This document shows, one piece after another, positions 20,428-30,378 of a stretch of 64,000 nt of DNA. Made by a program: the position numbers and the translations under genes. This DNA is from a virus. The DNA lies in IMG/VR virus record IMGVR_UViG_3300027747_000967, positions 32,001 through 96,000 of that record. One strand, written 5' to 3'. Under the pieces are notes generated by a model that had not been told where the DNA came from, made no database searches, and saw nothing but the letters and a program-made list of their open reading frames with translations. Each line of letters starts with the position of its first letter. The first letter of the stretch is position 1.

Positions 20428-21014
20428 TATTCTACCTTGTCAAAGAATTCTTTGTTTTTCTTATACCATTCTTGCCATGCTTTTAATTTATCTACTTGTT
20501 TGTAGTAGGTTGCATAGTTTTCGGTGATTGTTTCAAGCAATTCAGGCACTTCAACATTGGAGGTTCCTGTAATAGTTCCGATGGCGCTGTCGGGAACGGA
20601 GTTTTGACTGGAACTGTCGTGCAAGCTGACAGCAGTATTAGAGAGCTTGCAAGTATCATGCACATATTTTTTAATCTCTTTAATTGTTTCATTTTTCTTT
20701 CCTTCAATAATACTGGTTTTATAATTTAACGCTTCTTGTAATCTTTCATTTAAATCTGCTGACTTTTGTTCTGCTAGTGCGACTTTTTGTTCCTGCTCTT
20801 TTACTTTTGCTTGCCATGATTCATTGTTTGCAATTGAACCTTCTGAATATAAAGCAAAAGCTAAAACAAGTATTGAAATAATTTGTATTGGTGTTTTATA
20901 TTGACTAACGAAAGGTACCATGCCTAAAAAGAAGCTTGTTAAAATACCTACTACTGATATTAATAGTAATATATGAAAAATAACACTTGGTATATAATTA
21001 ATCAACCAAAACAT
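20427..21014 (-). CDS. inner-membrane spanin (Rz-like)
   Basis: N-terminal TM segments plus periplasmic coiled coil; in the lysis cassette. Confidence 0.75.
   Translation of the reverse strand: MFWLINYIPSVIFHILLLISVVGILTSFFLGMVPFVSQYKTPIQIISILVLAFALYSEGSIANNESWQAKVKEQEQKVALAEQKSADLNERLQEALNYKTSIIEGKKNETIKEIKKYVHDTCKLSNTAVSLHDSSSQNSVPDSAIGTITGTSNVEVPELLETITENYATYYKQVDKLKAWQEWYKKNKEFFDKVE
20492..20692 (-). CDS. outer-membrane spanin lipoprotein (Rz1-like), embedded out of frame
   Basis: signal peptide with lipobox LLSAC and Pro-rich mature part TTVPVKTPFPTAPSELLQEPP. Confidence 0.7.
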   Translation of the reverse strand: MKQLKRLKNMCMILASSLILLSACTTVPVKTPFPTAPSELLQEPPMLKCLNCLKQSPKTMQPTTNK

Positions 21015-21230
21015 TTACGCCTCTATTTTTATCCAACCATCGTTTGAAAATTCGTATGCTGCTGTTTGTTTTACATCTATTTTTAATTCAGAAAATTCTT
21101 CTTGTAACCATTTTGCTAATGATAAATTATCTAATCCTAAAACTTTCACAAATATCTTATCATTAACTTTTAAAATTTCTGGTTGTAATTGAAACTTTTC
21201 TTCTATACGACTTTTAATACTATCCATCAA
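21015..21230 (-). CDS. hypothetical protein
   Basis: 71-aa ORF within the operon. Confidence 0.6.
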   Translation of the reverse strand: MMDSIKSRIEEKFQLQPEILKVNDKIFVKVLGLDNLSLAKWLQEEFSELKIDVKQTAAYEFSNDGWIKIEA

Positions 21231-22021
21231 TTACGTTTACCCATAATCATCATAATTGGATTACGTTTTTTTCTATTTTTTGGTACACCTGGTTCTCCAC
21301 CCTTACCACCTGTACCGGCAATTGCACCTCCACCGACAACATTAGTTGGTGCAACAGCCATAGCATCTTCTTCTATCCTATTTATTTCCTCAAAAGTTTT
21401 AAATAAAGCAATTATTTCTTCATTTACTTTTGTTGTTGAACCATCGCCTGATACATGGTGAGCGTGAAATTCTGTATTAGGATGATTATTTTTTAACTTC
21501 AGAAAATGATGTAAATTTGTTTTACTATCATCATACATATGTGCATCTTTATATTTGTGCTTTTTAATATAACCATGTATCACTACTGCTTTCTTTTCAG
21601 CAGGCAGACCTTCTCTATTGAGATTACCAGCTCTAATGACATGAATTTTTTTCATATCAATGCCGTGTTTTTTGAATGTATGTAAAAATTTATTCTTATC
21701 ATCAAAGTTTGCTCTTGCGGTATTGAAGATAACGTGATTCTTTTTGTCTTTAGATAAATCTTTAACCTTTTTTATCATCTTATGAATAGGATGAGATTCA
21801 TCATGGAATTTTTGCGCAGAACGGAATTCACTAAAATCGTAATGGTGACCATGTTTCAAATGATGGTCATTGAATTCTTGATTATTTAAAGATTCAACGT
21901 GCTTGTTATTCTTATCTTTAACATGAATTTTTGCATTAGTGTGTAATAAAGTATCATCAATGTCAAAAACATGAAGTGATTTTTTTTTATTATCGTCTAA
22001 GTGCTGTTTAAAAGTTTTCAT
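21227..22021 (-). CDS. HAD-family phosphatase with capsid-targeting-like N-terminus, fused to a Gly-rich module
   Basis: MKTFKQHL start (TAATG overlap); FDIDDTL, NTAR, MYDDS HAD motifs; internal FKTFEE..IEE|DAMAVAPTN. Confidence 0.75.
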   Translation of the reverse strand: MKTFKQHLDDNKKKSLHVFDIDDTLLHTNAKIHVKDKNNKHVESLNNQEFNDHHLKHGHHYDFSEFRSAQKFHDESHPIHKMIKKVKDLSKDKKNHVIFNTARANFDDKNKFLHTFKKHGIDMKKIHVIRAGNLNREGLPAEKKAVVIHGYIKKHKYKDAHMYDDSKTNLHHFLKLKNNHPNTEFHAHHVSGDGSTTKVNEEIIALFKTFEEINRIEEDAMAVAPTNVVGGGAIAGTGGKGGEPGVPKNRKKRNPIMMIMGKRN

Positions 22022-22509
22022 TAATCGCCACCTGAAGATCCGCCACCCCAATAACCACTAGAACCACCATAATAAGTAGATGAATCTGAAGAACCACCAT
22101 AACCGCTGTGTGGTTCGTATTTTGGTTTCATCATTTTTGCAAAAGAACTCTTAACTTTTTTAATTAAAGGATGCTCATGATGCCAATGCGTTAAGTGTTT
22201 ATCCAATTCTTCTTTAGTTTTGCCTTCACCTGTTTTTAAACTATCTTTATGTTGTACTAAATGAGACCTATTAGAATCGGTTTCGTTTGTGTGTGTTGTC
22301 CAGTGTCCTGTTTTTTGGTCTACTGACGCATAATGTTTTTCACCTGTTTTAGGATGTGTTTTGGTGAAATTGTGTTTTTCACCAAACGTATTTTTGTTGG
22401 TAATTTTGTGAAATTTATACCCATGTTTTTCTAATGTGGGTTTAACTGAATCTATTTTGTCATTGATTGACTCAAATAATTCGGACCTTAAAGTTTTAAA
22501 TGTTTTCAT
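22021..22509 (-). CDS. putative internal head protein
   Basis: MKTFKTLRSELFE N-terminus; His/Lys-rich. Confidence 0.65.
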   Translation of the reverse strand: MKTFKTLRSELFESINDKIDSVKPTLEKHGYKFHKITNKNTFGEKHNFTKTHPKTGEKHYASVDQKTGHWTTHTNETDSNRSHLVQHKDSLKTGEGKTKEELDKHLTHWHHEHPLIKKVKSSFAKMMKPKYEPHSGYGGSSDSSTYYGGSSGYWGGGSSGGD

Positions 22510-22892
22510 ATTTCTAGTAATATTTTTGCTACATTTGGATCCAAAGGTATGTCATATGAGGATATATTATTTCCATTAATTCCATAAACCATTTCAGGCA
22601 TTAAATTTAAATAACATAAAAATGTTTTTAATACATCATAATCTTTTTCATCAATCTTAAAAAATAATATTCTTGGTGTTGCATCAGGACCAAAAACATT
22701 ATTTAATAAGATGATGTGATTCAATATCAATCGTTCTTTTAATGATTTAGTCACCTTATATCTACGAAACAATCGCTTTAGATATTTGGTTCTTTTTAAA
22801 TCATTTTCAAATTCAGACATAATGCAATTTGGTGAATCGTACCACTTCATCGCATATATCAAAAAGTTTTCTTCATTCAAGTCACTAATCAT
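22506..22892 (-). CDS. conserved T4-like hypothetical protein
   Basis: LNEENFLIYAMK.YD.P...EF..DLKR.KY.KRL...LKERLILNHII.L.NVFG. Confidence 0.8.
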   Translation of the reverse strand: MISDLNEENFLIYAMKWYDSPNCIMSEFENDLKRTKYLKRLFRRYKVTKSLKERLILNHIILLNNVFGPDATPRILFFKIDEKDYDVLKTFLCYLNLMPEMVYGINGNNISSYDIPLDPNVAKILLEI

Positions 22893-22923
22893 ATTTTTTA
22901 TCGTTTAATACGATATTCTTTTA

Positions 22924-23550
22924 TTATAAACCACCGTAAATTGCGTTGGCAGAAGTATTAGCAGAACTTGTATTTGAAGCCGTAGCATTTGCTAAACATA
23001 CTAAAGTTTCTTTGAGGAAACGAATAGTACCATCACTATTAATCTTTCTCGTAATTAAATTCCAACCTTGATTAACACTACCTAAGAAAGTATTGGCTAC
23101 CGTACTTCCTTGCGGATTTGATGTACCTTGCGTATTAGCTAGACGAGTTGATGTTACTAAAATTGTATCGGAAAAATTGTTTTGTGTATAAGGGTTGTTA
23201 AAAGTAATATTTGAATCTATTTCTAACATTATACCTGTATTAACGTTACCGATAACTGGATTTAATAAAACAATATTATTACCAGAAACTCTTAAAACTT
23301 GATTGTTTGACTTAAAGAAACTCGCTGTACCTCCAACGGCAACGTTAGTGCCATAAACACTCATACCAGCAGTTACACCCAAGTTAGCTACGTTGCTACC
23401 TGGTGTTCCATCGGTATATGTAACGGTAATTACAGTATTTCCTAGTAAAGCAGTATTAGCTACTGTAAATTGTTGTAGTTCTCTTGTTTGACGCAAAAAA
23501 CCAAATTTTGGTTTGTTATTTGCGGAATCTGTATTTCCCCATGTTGGCAT
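22924..23550 (-). CDS. putative virion structural protein
   Basis: MPTWGNTD...GWN...R...ETLV; Asn/Thr-rich. Confidence 0.65.
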   Translation of the reverse strand: MPTWGNTDSANNKPKFGFLRQTRELQQFTVANTALLGNTVITVTYTDGTPGSNVANLGVTAGMSVYGTNVAVGGTASFFKSNNQVLRVSGNNIVLLNPVIGNVNTGIMLEIDSNITFNNPYTQNNFSDTILVTSTRLANTQGTSNPQGSTVANTFLGSVNQGWNLITRKINSDGTIRFLKETLVCLANATASNTSSANTSANAIYGGL

Positions 23551-23587
23551 TTTTTTCTCCTTGAATTAGCCTCAGTTAGTTATATTC

Positions 23588-24898
23588 TTATTTATCTTTC
23601 TTCTTATCTTCTTTTTTACCGTCTTTTTTATCATCCTTCTTTGTTACATCAGGCTGATTTGGACGGTTTCTCATCAATGGATCCAACTCAACCGTATCTC
23701 TTGGTTGTCCCGTTAATGTTTTACCACCAGTTAATATTGCGGCCGCAGATGGTTTTTTCTCTCCACCTTCATCTTTTTCAGCTTTCTCAAATTTAGGTTT
23801 CTTACCGTATGTTACCACCGACTTATCTGCTTTCTCGTGGTCATACATTTCTTCTTTGAGTTTCTTATGTATTGACTTAACTCTCTGTGCGGTTGTCATC
23901 TTCTCAGCAATACCTTCACCAGGTGACATAACGGATGGGTCAGCAGCCTTAGCATCCGCAAAAGTTTCCTCTTTCATTTTTATATTCTTAATAGGCTCAT
24001 GTTTTTCAACAGCAGATAATTTATACTTACGATAAGCATCAGTTCTCAATAAATCATGTGCTTGTGAAACAGCATCATCATCATTTTTAGCAGTAATTAA
24101 AGCCATACTTGCCCATTTATTTGTTTTTGGGTCGTCAAAGTGTGCAGCGTGTGTAATATTTGCTTCATCCAACTCAACATCTTCTTTAGACATTCTATCC
24201 ATAACTCTGTGCAACCCATTTTCACGATTATTAGCTTTCCTTGATAAAGTATTTTGATATTGTTTTTCTCTATCCTTATCATCAAGCGGAGGTCTTTTAG
24301 AGAAATCATTAATCATACCTAAATCTTGCATTGATTTTGCAGCATAAGAAGCTTGAGTTTTTTTGGAAATCTCATCAATCTGTTCAACTTCTTCTTTATT
24401 CAAATTGGATTTAATTTTATCCATCATCGCTTTCATTTGTTCGCCATGAGGTTTATCTTTAATACTATCCATAAACTTTTTATGCTCTTGGCTTCTTTCA
24501 TATGCAGCCTTTGCAAATTTTTCTTTGGCTGTTTTTCTTGCTTCTTGTATTCTAGTTTTAGTAGATTTAACAGGAGCAGTTTTAATTTCAGTATGTGCGG
24601 ACGTTCTGGATTTTAAATTTTTTAATCTTTCGGGTGTAGCATTGTCATCAACGGATTCTATTTGATGACTTTGTTGCCAGGATCTATACGCTGGAGATTT
24701 AGAAATAGATATCTTAGTGTCTCTTGCAACAAACTTAGGATTCATACCTTTTGATTTAAGGTATGCATCTAAACCTGCACTTTCTTCCAATTCATTTTCT
24801 GCAATATTTGCTTTTGCTGACCATGGATCCATAGGGTTTACTCCAAAAGTAGGCCTTGACGGCTGAGGATTAATCTTAACTGTTTCTTTCTTTTTCAT
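23588..24898 (-). CDS. modular putative internal head polyprotein
   Basis: basic modules separated by ELEE, KEEVEQIDE, KEDVELDE, KMKEE linkers. Confidence 0.65.
   Translation of the reverse strand: MKKKETVKINPQPSRPTFGVNPMDPWSAKANIAENELEESAGLDAYLKSKGMNPKFVARDTKISISKSPAYRSWQQSHQIESVDDNATPERLKNLKSRTSAHTEIKTAPVKSTKTRIQEARKTAKEKFAKAAYERSQEHKKFMDSIKDKPHGEQMKAMMDKIKSNLNKEEVEQIDEISKKTQASYAAKSMQDLGMINDFSKRPPLDDKDREKQYQNTLSRKANNRENGLHRVMDRMSKEDVELDEANITHAAHFDDPKTNKWASMALITAKNDDDAVSQAHDLLRTDAYRKYKLSAVEKHEPIKNIKMKEETFADAKAADPSVMSPGEGIAEKMTTAQRVKSIHKKLKEEMYDHEKADKSVVTYGKKPKFEKAEKDEGGEKKPSAAAILTGGKTLTGQPRDTVELDPLMRNRPNQPDVTKKDDKKDGKKEDKKKDK
24165..24397 (-). repeat. duplicated protein module, copy 1 (copy 2 at 25577-25830)
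   Basis: KEEVEQIDEISKKTQASYA.xSMQDL...GLHRVMDR..KE.V.L.E; both ends near-identical at DNA level. Confidence 0.9.
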
Positions 24899-26508
24899 TA
24901 CATAGTATCTTTTTTAATCTTCTTAAAAGATTTTTTTGCTAAGTCTTTTGCACGACTCATTGGTGTATGTGTTGCACCAGACTTATCTTTTACATTAACA
25001 GCTACTTTTTTCCATGGAGTTTCTTCTCTCCATTTACCAGTATCTTCCTCTTTAGCTTGAACAACTTTGGAAGCAAATGTATCAATTTCTTTATTACGTT
25101 GTTTTACTTCTTTAGAACGAATATGTTTTAATTCTGGTTTAACTTCTTCGTTTTTAACTTGCTTGTCTTTAGAAAAATAAGTATGTGGAGGAGTTGTTAA
25201 TTTATCATCTAACTTAATATCTACAGGACCAGGGTTTGTTGAAACTTTTTGTTTTTCTTTTGTATCTACACCTTGGTCAACTACTTCAGGTTTAACTTCT
25301 CTTTCGCTTGTTTTTAAATCTACCTTATAACTTCTAAAAGAATTTAATTTAGCAAACTTGCCATCTCTGACACGACCACGGAGCATATCTACTGTCAATA
25401 AATCTGCATCAGGATCTTTTTCTATACCAACTGCTTCATCCATTTCAACTTCTTCTTTCATCTTACCTGAACCAAAGTATTGACGACCTTTCATTAAATC
25501 TTTAACGGTCTTTTTACGGTCAACAACATCAGCCATCTTTTTTGTTGGTGTAGTCTTTTTGTATGTAGCATCACCTTCTTCTAAATCTACTTCTTCTTTA
25601 GCCAATCTATCCATAACTCTGTGTAAACCTTTTTGACGGTTATAGGATGCTCTTGTTAAATTGTCAATAGTTTTTTCTTTTTCGTGGTCGGGATGTATCG
25701 TGCCGTACATTTTTTGTTGTTGTAAAGCGCTTCTTACATGAGTAGTTTTGGCTAAATCTTGCATTGAGTTGCGAGCATAAGAAGCTTGAGTTTTTTTAGA
25801 AATCTCATCAATCTGTTCAACTTCTTCTTTTTCATTTAATACAAATTCATATGAACCATTCCATGTATCAGAAGAATCTTCTTTCATCGCTTGCTTTGTA
25901 GCAGTAGCATACATGACATTCTTATAGTTTTTACCATAACGCTGTTTGAAACCTGCCAAGCCTTTTTTCATTGACATAACAATCTTCTCACGCTTCTTCA
26001 TTTGAGCGTCAGTCATTTCTTCACCCATATTATTATCTGTAAATACTGGTTCAGTACCTGTCGCTTTGTTTTCTTTAATATGTGTCAATAACTTATTTGC
26101 AAAAGAATCTTCACCAATTTTCTTTAATTCTTTTTTAGTTGGTGCTTTGATACCTTTTAAATCTTTTTTACTTGGACCTTTTTCAAAAGGATTTTTATGT
26201 TGCACTTCATGTGCCTTTTTTGAACCATATCCAGAACCACCAAGAACTTTAGTACCTGTTGCAGTAGGAAGTTTTAATGAAGCTTCACTTGCGATTTCAA
26301 TTGATTCTTTGTGAGATTTAGCAGTAACAGGATATTTTTTACCTTGAAACTCGAAGTGTGATTGATTTGCTCTCTTAGCGGCATGAGCAGCCTTATGAAA
26401 ACCAGTTTCATCTAATTCTGGTTCAAGTAACATTCTCTTTTTTTCTTCTTCTAATACTTGATTAACTGCATCAATCATAGACTGGCTTATTTTATCTTTT
26501 GCAAACAT
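24898..26508 (-). CDS. modular putative internal head polyprotein
   Basis: modules separated by ELDE, MGEE, KEEVEQIDE, KEEVDLEE, KEEVEMDE. Confidence 0.65.
   Translation of the reverse strand: MFAKDKISQSMIDAVNQVLEEEKKRMLLEPELDETGFHKAAHAAKRANQSHFEFQGKKYPVTAKSHKESIEIASEASLKLPTATGTKVLGGSGYGSKKAHEVQHKNPFEKGPSKKDLKGIKAPTKKELKKIGEDSFANKLLTHIKENKATGTEPVFTDNNMGEEMTDAQMKKREKIVMSMKKGLAGFKQRYGKNYKNVMYATATKQAMKEDSSDTWNGSYEFVLNEKEEVEQIDEISKKTQASYARNSMQDLAKTTHVRSALQQQKMYGTIHPDHEKEKTIDNLTRASYNRQKGLHRVMDRLAKEEVDLEEGDATYKKTTPTKKMADVVDRKKTVKDLMKGRQYFGSGKMKEEVEMDEAVGIEKDPDADLLTVDMLRGRVRDGKFAKLNSFRSYKVDLKTSEREVKPEVVDQGVDTKEKQKVSTNPGPVDIKLDDKLTTPPHTYFSKDKQVKNEEVKPELKHIRSKEVKQRNKEIDTFASKVVQAKEEDTGKWREETPWKKVAVNVKDKSGATHTPMSRAKDLAKKSFKKIKKDTM
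25577..25830 (-). repeat. duplicated protein module, copy 2
   Basis: matches 24165-24397 at both ends; the middle is divergent. Confidence 0.9.
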
Positions 26509-26522
26509 TTTATTCTCCTATT

Positions 26523-27533
26523 TTATCTGCATTTCCACTTGCGTAATGCGAGTGCTTTTCTTGTTGGTTCACCATTTGGTTTCTTCATTGCACCAGGCAT
26601 ACCACCCATCCTAGCACAAAATGACTTTCTACGCTTAGCTGCTTTACTTCCTGGTTTTACTTTACCTGTAACTGCTTTCTTTAATGTAGAACCTGGATTT
26701 TCTCTACGATATGATGCAATACCTTTTGCATTTAGTCCGCCTGTAGGATTCTTACCTTCTTTTCTACGCCAAGCGGCAGTCTCGTATAATTCTTCGTCTG
26801 AAACATCTTCAAGGTTTTCCCAAAGAATTTCAGGATCAATATTACTTTCTTCTGCAATACCGTTAACAACTTCTTCTAAAATGTCAAACAATTCTTCAAC
26901 ATCATATTCTTCAACTTCTTCATCAATATCTTCAGCCGTCCATTTATAATAACTGTGTTTATTTAAATGAGCAAGGGCTTCTTTATGTTTGCCAGCAGCT
27001 ACTAGATTTCCCACAGCTCTAGCATGGCTCACAGGAACATTATCACCTCCATGACCCCGTGGAAATATATTAGCTGGATGAAGTGCAGAGCGTTCACCAT
27101 GCACTTCATGATATAGTTTACCATTGTTTTTACCGACATTAAAGTGATAATGGTTTTTTGATTGGTCCTGCGCATGAAAAGATGCCAGTCTTGTTTCAAC
27201 CAATTTTTCAACTTCTTCTTTCATTTGCACAACAGAATGTAATTTATCTTGTTTACCATCTTTACGTTCTAATCTATTACCTTGAGCGTGTTTCTTTGCA
27301 GCATCTAAATTTCTATGAGTGAAATCCATATAATGCGTTACTTCATTGGTATCAGGATCGTGATAAGTTGCACGAAATTTATATGGATAGTGTTTTGCTT
27401 CTTCTAATTCAACTTCTTCTTCTTTTACACAAGAACCTTTTGAAAATGCTTTTTTACCAGGAACAGGTTTGTATCCTGACCAGCATCTACCTTTTTCTTC
27501 TAAGTATTCTTTAAATTCTTTAAATGTTCTCAT
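26523..27533 (-). CDS. modular putative internal head polyprotein
   Basis: MRTFKEFKEYLEE N-terminus; CWSGY..C, DPDTN, His-rich and AWRRKEGKNPTGGLN...SFCARM...WKC modules. Confidence 0.7.
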   Translation of the reverse strand: MRTFKEFKEYLEEKGRCWSGYKPVPGKKAFSKGSCVKEEEVELEEAKHYPYKFRATYHDPDTNEVTHYMDFTHRNLDAAKKHAQGNRLERKDGKQDKLHSVVQMKEEVEKLVETRLASFHAQDQSKNHYHFNVGKNNGKLYHEVHGERSALHPANIFPRGHGGDNVPVSHARAVGNLVAAGKHKEALAHLNKHSYYKWTAEDIDEEVEEYDVEELFDILEEVVNGIAEESNIDPEILWENLEDVSDEELYETAAWRRKEGKNPTGGLNAKGIASYRRENPGSTLKKAVTGKVKPGSKAAKRRKSFCARMGGMPGAMKKPNGEPTRKALALRKWKCR

Positions 27534-29374
27534 TTTTTTCCTTTAATCCAATCGTCAGGTATCTTACCATGTTTCTTTTTAAAATCGTTATGTAAATCTT
27601 TGCCGGTAATTCCATGTTTAACAGCAATTTTTTTCATTAAACTATCAATTGAATCATAACTATGACTATCTAACTTCTGTAAACCTTTTTCTAATTCTAC
27701 TACACAGTCCTCATTAAATTTCTTCTTACCTTTTTTCTTAATGATGACACCAACATTTCTATTTAAATCTTTATAGGTATCCATACCTTCTTTGTTGCTA
27801 GCACCACCTAAAACACCACCTAAACCAGATTCAACATCATTTTGAAAACCATTATATTCTTTAAATGTTCTCAACTTCTTCTTTTTAGGTACATCATAAT
27901 CACTACTTAAAGGATTTACAGAACCACCACCTGGCATTGCGTTACTAGCAGGACTTGCATTACTATATTCTACTGTCTCTCCCATGCCACCTAATCCAGC
28001 ACCACCAGTTAATCCCGAACCATTAGTTCTCGTATTCCATTCTCCACCTAAACCAGTTGGTCTTACAGATTTAGGTTCTTTACCTGAAGTATCGCCACCT
28101 TTTAATCTTTTCTTTTTATCATTATCATAATTAAAATTGGGTTCTTTAGGTAAAGGCAATGCTCTTAAAATAGGTTTACTTTCTGTCAATACACCCCTAT
28201 TCCTTTTCAACCATCCTTCTGCTACATCGGTAAATCTGTTGGAATCTAAAAAGAGGTTTGTATTTTCATATACTGTATGAATATCCTCTTCCTTGGTATC
28301 TAGGTTTCCTGTGTTGTCAAAGCCTATAAATGTCTCAAAAATTTCATAAAAACTATTAATATTTTTTTGCGATTTATTCCATTTGTGATATCGAGCAGAT
28401 TCATTCATCATTTTAGACAATGATTCATTTCTTTGTTTACTAATTTCATTGGTTGTTCCAACAAAAATCATCATGGTTTCGTAACCAAGTTCTTCAAGTT
28501 CTTCTTTAATATAAGAAACTTTTTCATAATCGTCCGCAGGTCCATTAATGATTAGTGGGCTTCTTCTGCGAATTGACTCTCTACGATAATCGTTGGTTTT
28601 TTCGGATAGTTTTTGTTTATCACCAAGAAAATCAATAGCTTGCGTAAAATTAATTTCAGTCATTTTACTCTCAGCAATGGCTTCACGGATAATAATGTCT
28701 TTACCTGAACCTGGACCACCAGTTAGAAAGATTGCCTTGAATGAACCACGATATATTTGTTCATTTAATCCCATGCCTTTACGGACATCATGCATCAATT
28801 CTTTTGTGTGTTCGTCAGAAACATGAGATGGAACACCTTCACGAAAGCCAGCGAAATTATTATTTTTTGCGTGTTCTCTCATTTTTGTAGCAGACATACC
28901 TTCTGCACCTTCAGCGTCAGGGTCACGATGACCAGCAGACACAACACTTATCTTTTTGAACTTATAAAAACCGTGTTTACCTTTTACGTCATTGTATTTG
29001 TCCAATGTTGTTTGGAATTCTTTAACACGGTCAGAACCAGCAACTACGATTAGATGGTCATGTCCTTTATTATAAAGTCTGGTAGCATGATGAAAAATAG
29101 AAGGTTCTTCGGAACTAGAAGATTCAAAATTTGTACCAGGAGAATATCTTCTTAAATGTTTAATTTTTTGTTTGGCAGACAAAGGATTCTTTTTTGTATC
29201 TTGTGAATGTGATACAATAATATGATGTGGTGCATGATTTTTTTCTGCAACTTCTCTTATTTTATGAATTAACTTTAAATGACCAGTAGTAGGAGGATTC
29301 ATACGACCAAACGCCATCACCACAGGATTATGTGTTTTTTCTATTTCTTCATATAATTCTAAAAATGATTTCAT
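27530..29374 (-). CDS. HxGH-type nucleotidyltransferase fused to a P-loop kinase-like domain, with capsid-targeting-like N-terminus
   Basis: MKSFLELYEE; FGRMNPPTTGH, VAGSDR, MSATKMR; KAIFLTGGPGSGKD. Confidence 0.8.
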   Translation of the reverse strand: MKSFLELYEEIEKTHNPVVMAFGRMNPPTTGHLKLIHKIREVAEKNHAPHHIIVSHSQDTKKNPLSAKQKIKHLRRYSPGTNFESSSSEEPSIFHHATRLYNKGHDHLIVVAGSDRVKEFQTTLDKYNDVKGKHGFYKFKKISVVSAGHRDPDAEGAEGMSATKMREHAKNNNFAGFREGVPSHVSDEHTKELMHDVRKGMGLNEQIYRGSFKAIFLTGGPGSGKDIIIREAIAESKMTEINFTQAIDFLGDKQKLSEKTNDYRRESIRRRSPLIINGPADDYEKVSYIKEELEELGYETMMIFVGTTNEISKQRNESLSKMMNESARYHKWNKSQKNINSFYEIFETFIGFDNTGNLDTKEEDIHTVYENTNLFLDSNRFTDVAEGWLKRNRGVLTESKPILRALPLPKEPNFNYDNDKKKRLKGGDTSGKEPKSVRPTGLGGEWNTRTNGSGLTGGAGLGGMGETVEYSNASPASNAMPGGGSVNPLSSDYDVPKKKKLRTFKEYNGFQNDVESGLGGVLGGASNKEGMDTYKDLNRNVGVIIKKKGKKKFNEDCVVELEKGLQKLDSHSYDSIDSLMKKIAVKHGITGKDLHNDFKKKHGKIPDDWIKGKK

Positions 29375-30378
29375 TCGTCTATCGTTTTCTTAAAATTGAT
29401 ACCTTTATGGCCTAATGTTTTGGCCATTGCTTGTAAGTGTTCATCTTCATCTAAATCAACATGACTTTTTTCCAAATGTTTTACTTTAAACATCACCATT
29501 CTTTTCATAGGATCGCCAGTTTTTTGATAAACTCTGAATTGTCCTTTACCTTTTGCTTCAGGTAATCCGTGGCCAGTTGCATCTTTTTTTCCTACTTTAT
29601 AAGTACCGTGTTTACCAACTTGCAAAACATGGACATGATGGTCTTTTAAATATCCGTTTGCTGGGTCCAAATTTTCATGTTCAAATAAAACATCTTTAGC
29701 TCTTTTGACATTTTCATTGGGCATATGATGTTTATTCATATGTTCTAAGATACCTTTTGCTTCAATATGTTTTGCATAAGTAGGCCTATTCGCCTTATTC
29801 TTTTCGGGCATATGCCAACCGCCTTTGTTTTTATCATAGGCAATCGTCAATTGACCAAATGCGGCTGTTTTACCAATTTTTGTTTCACCTTGTAACACTT
29901 TTTTATCTCCAACTTCTCTTTCACTATGAACTCTACCTTTATGTTTCTGTCCGGTTTTTTTATTAATTAAATTAAAATCATTACCAGCAGAAAAACCAGC
30001 GGCTTCTCCGTGCATCAAACCATGTTTTTTTAATCTTTCAACAAATTGTTTTTCATAATCAAAACCTTTATTAGCTTTTTGTTCACCAGGTTTAACAATT
30101 TTATTTGCAGGTATTAAAGTTTTCTTTTTTGTAACATTATCGGTAGCATGAACAAATAATTTACCGTCATATCTTTCTGCTTTATGTAATATTAAATCAG
30201 CGCCTGCAGGAACATCTTTATGACCTACGCCTAGTTTATGAGTAGGCGTTTTACTATTCAAATGAGGTGTAACATATTGTTTTTCGTGTCTTTCTGTGTC
30301 AAATCCAGTTGCAGCAATATATCCTCTCGATTCAAGAATTAAATCTTCATAGAGAATATATTCTTTAAAATTAAACAT
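29371..30378 (-). CDS. putative PD-(D/E)XK nuclease-like protein with capsid-targeting-like N-terminus
   Basis: MFNFKEYILYE; GFDYE...AG....D....GETK...AAFGQ pattern. Confidence 0.5.
   Translation of the reverse strand: MFNFKEYILYEDLILESRGYIAATGFDTERHEKQYVTPHLNSKTPTHKLGVGHKDVPAGADLILHKAERYDGKLFVHATDNVTKKKTLIPANKIVKPGEQKANKGFDYEKQFVERLKKHGLMHGEAAGFSAGNDFNLINKKTGQKHKGRVHSEREVGDKKVLQGETKIGKTAAFGQLTIAYDKNKGGWHMPEKNKANRPTYAKHIEAKGILEHMNKHHMPNENVKRAKDVLFEHENLDPANGYLKDHHVHVLQVGKHGTYKVGKKDATGHGLPEAKGKGQFRVYQKTGDPMKRMVMFKVKHLEKSHVDLDEDEHLQAMAKTLGHKGINFKKTIDE

Noticed and set aside
23588-27533. CRISPR array or DGR suggested by the recurring 15-mers and the duplicated module
   Set aside because: Repeats are in-frame coding, short and irregularly spaced; no cas or reverse transcriptase genes; differences between copies are not adenine-specific.
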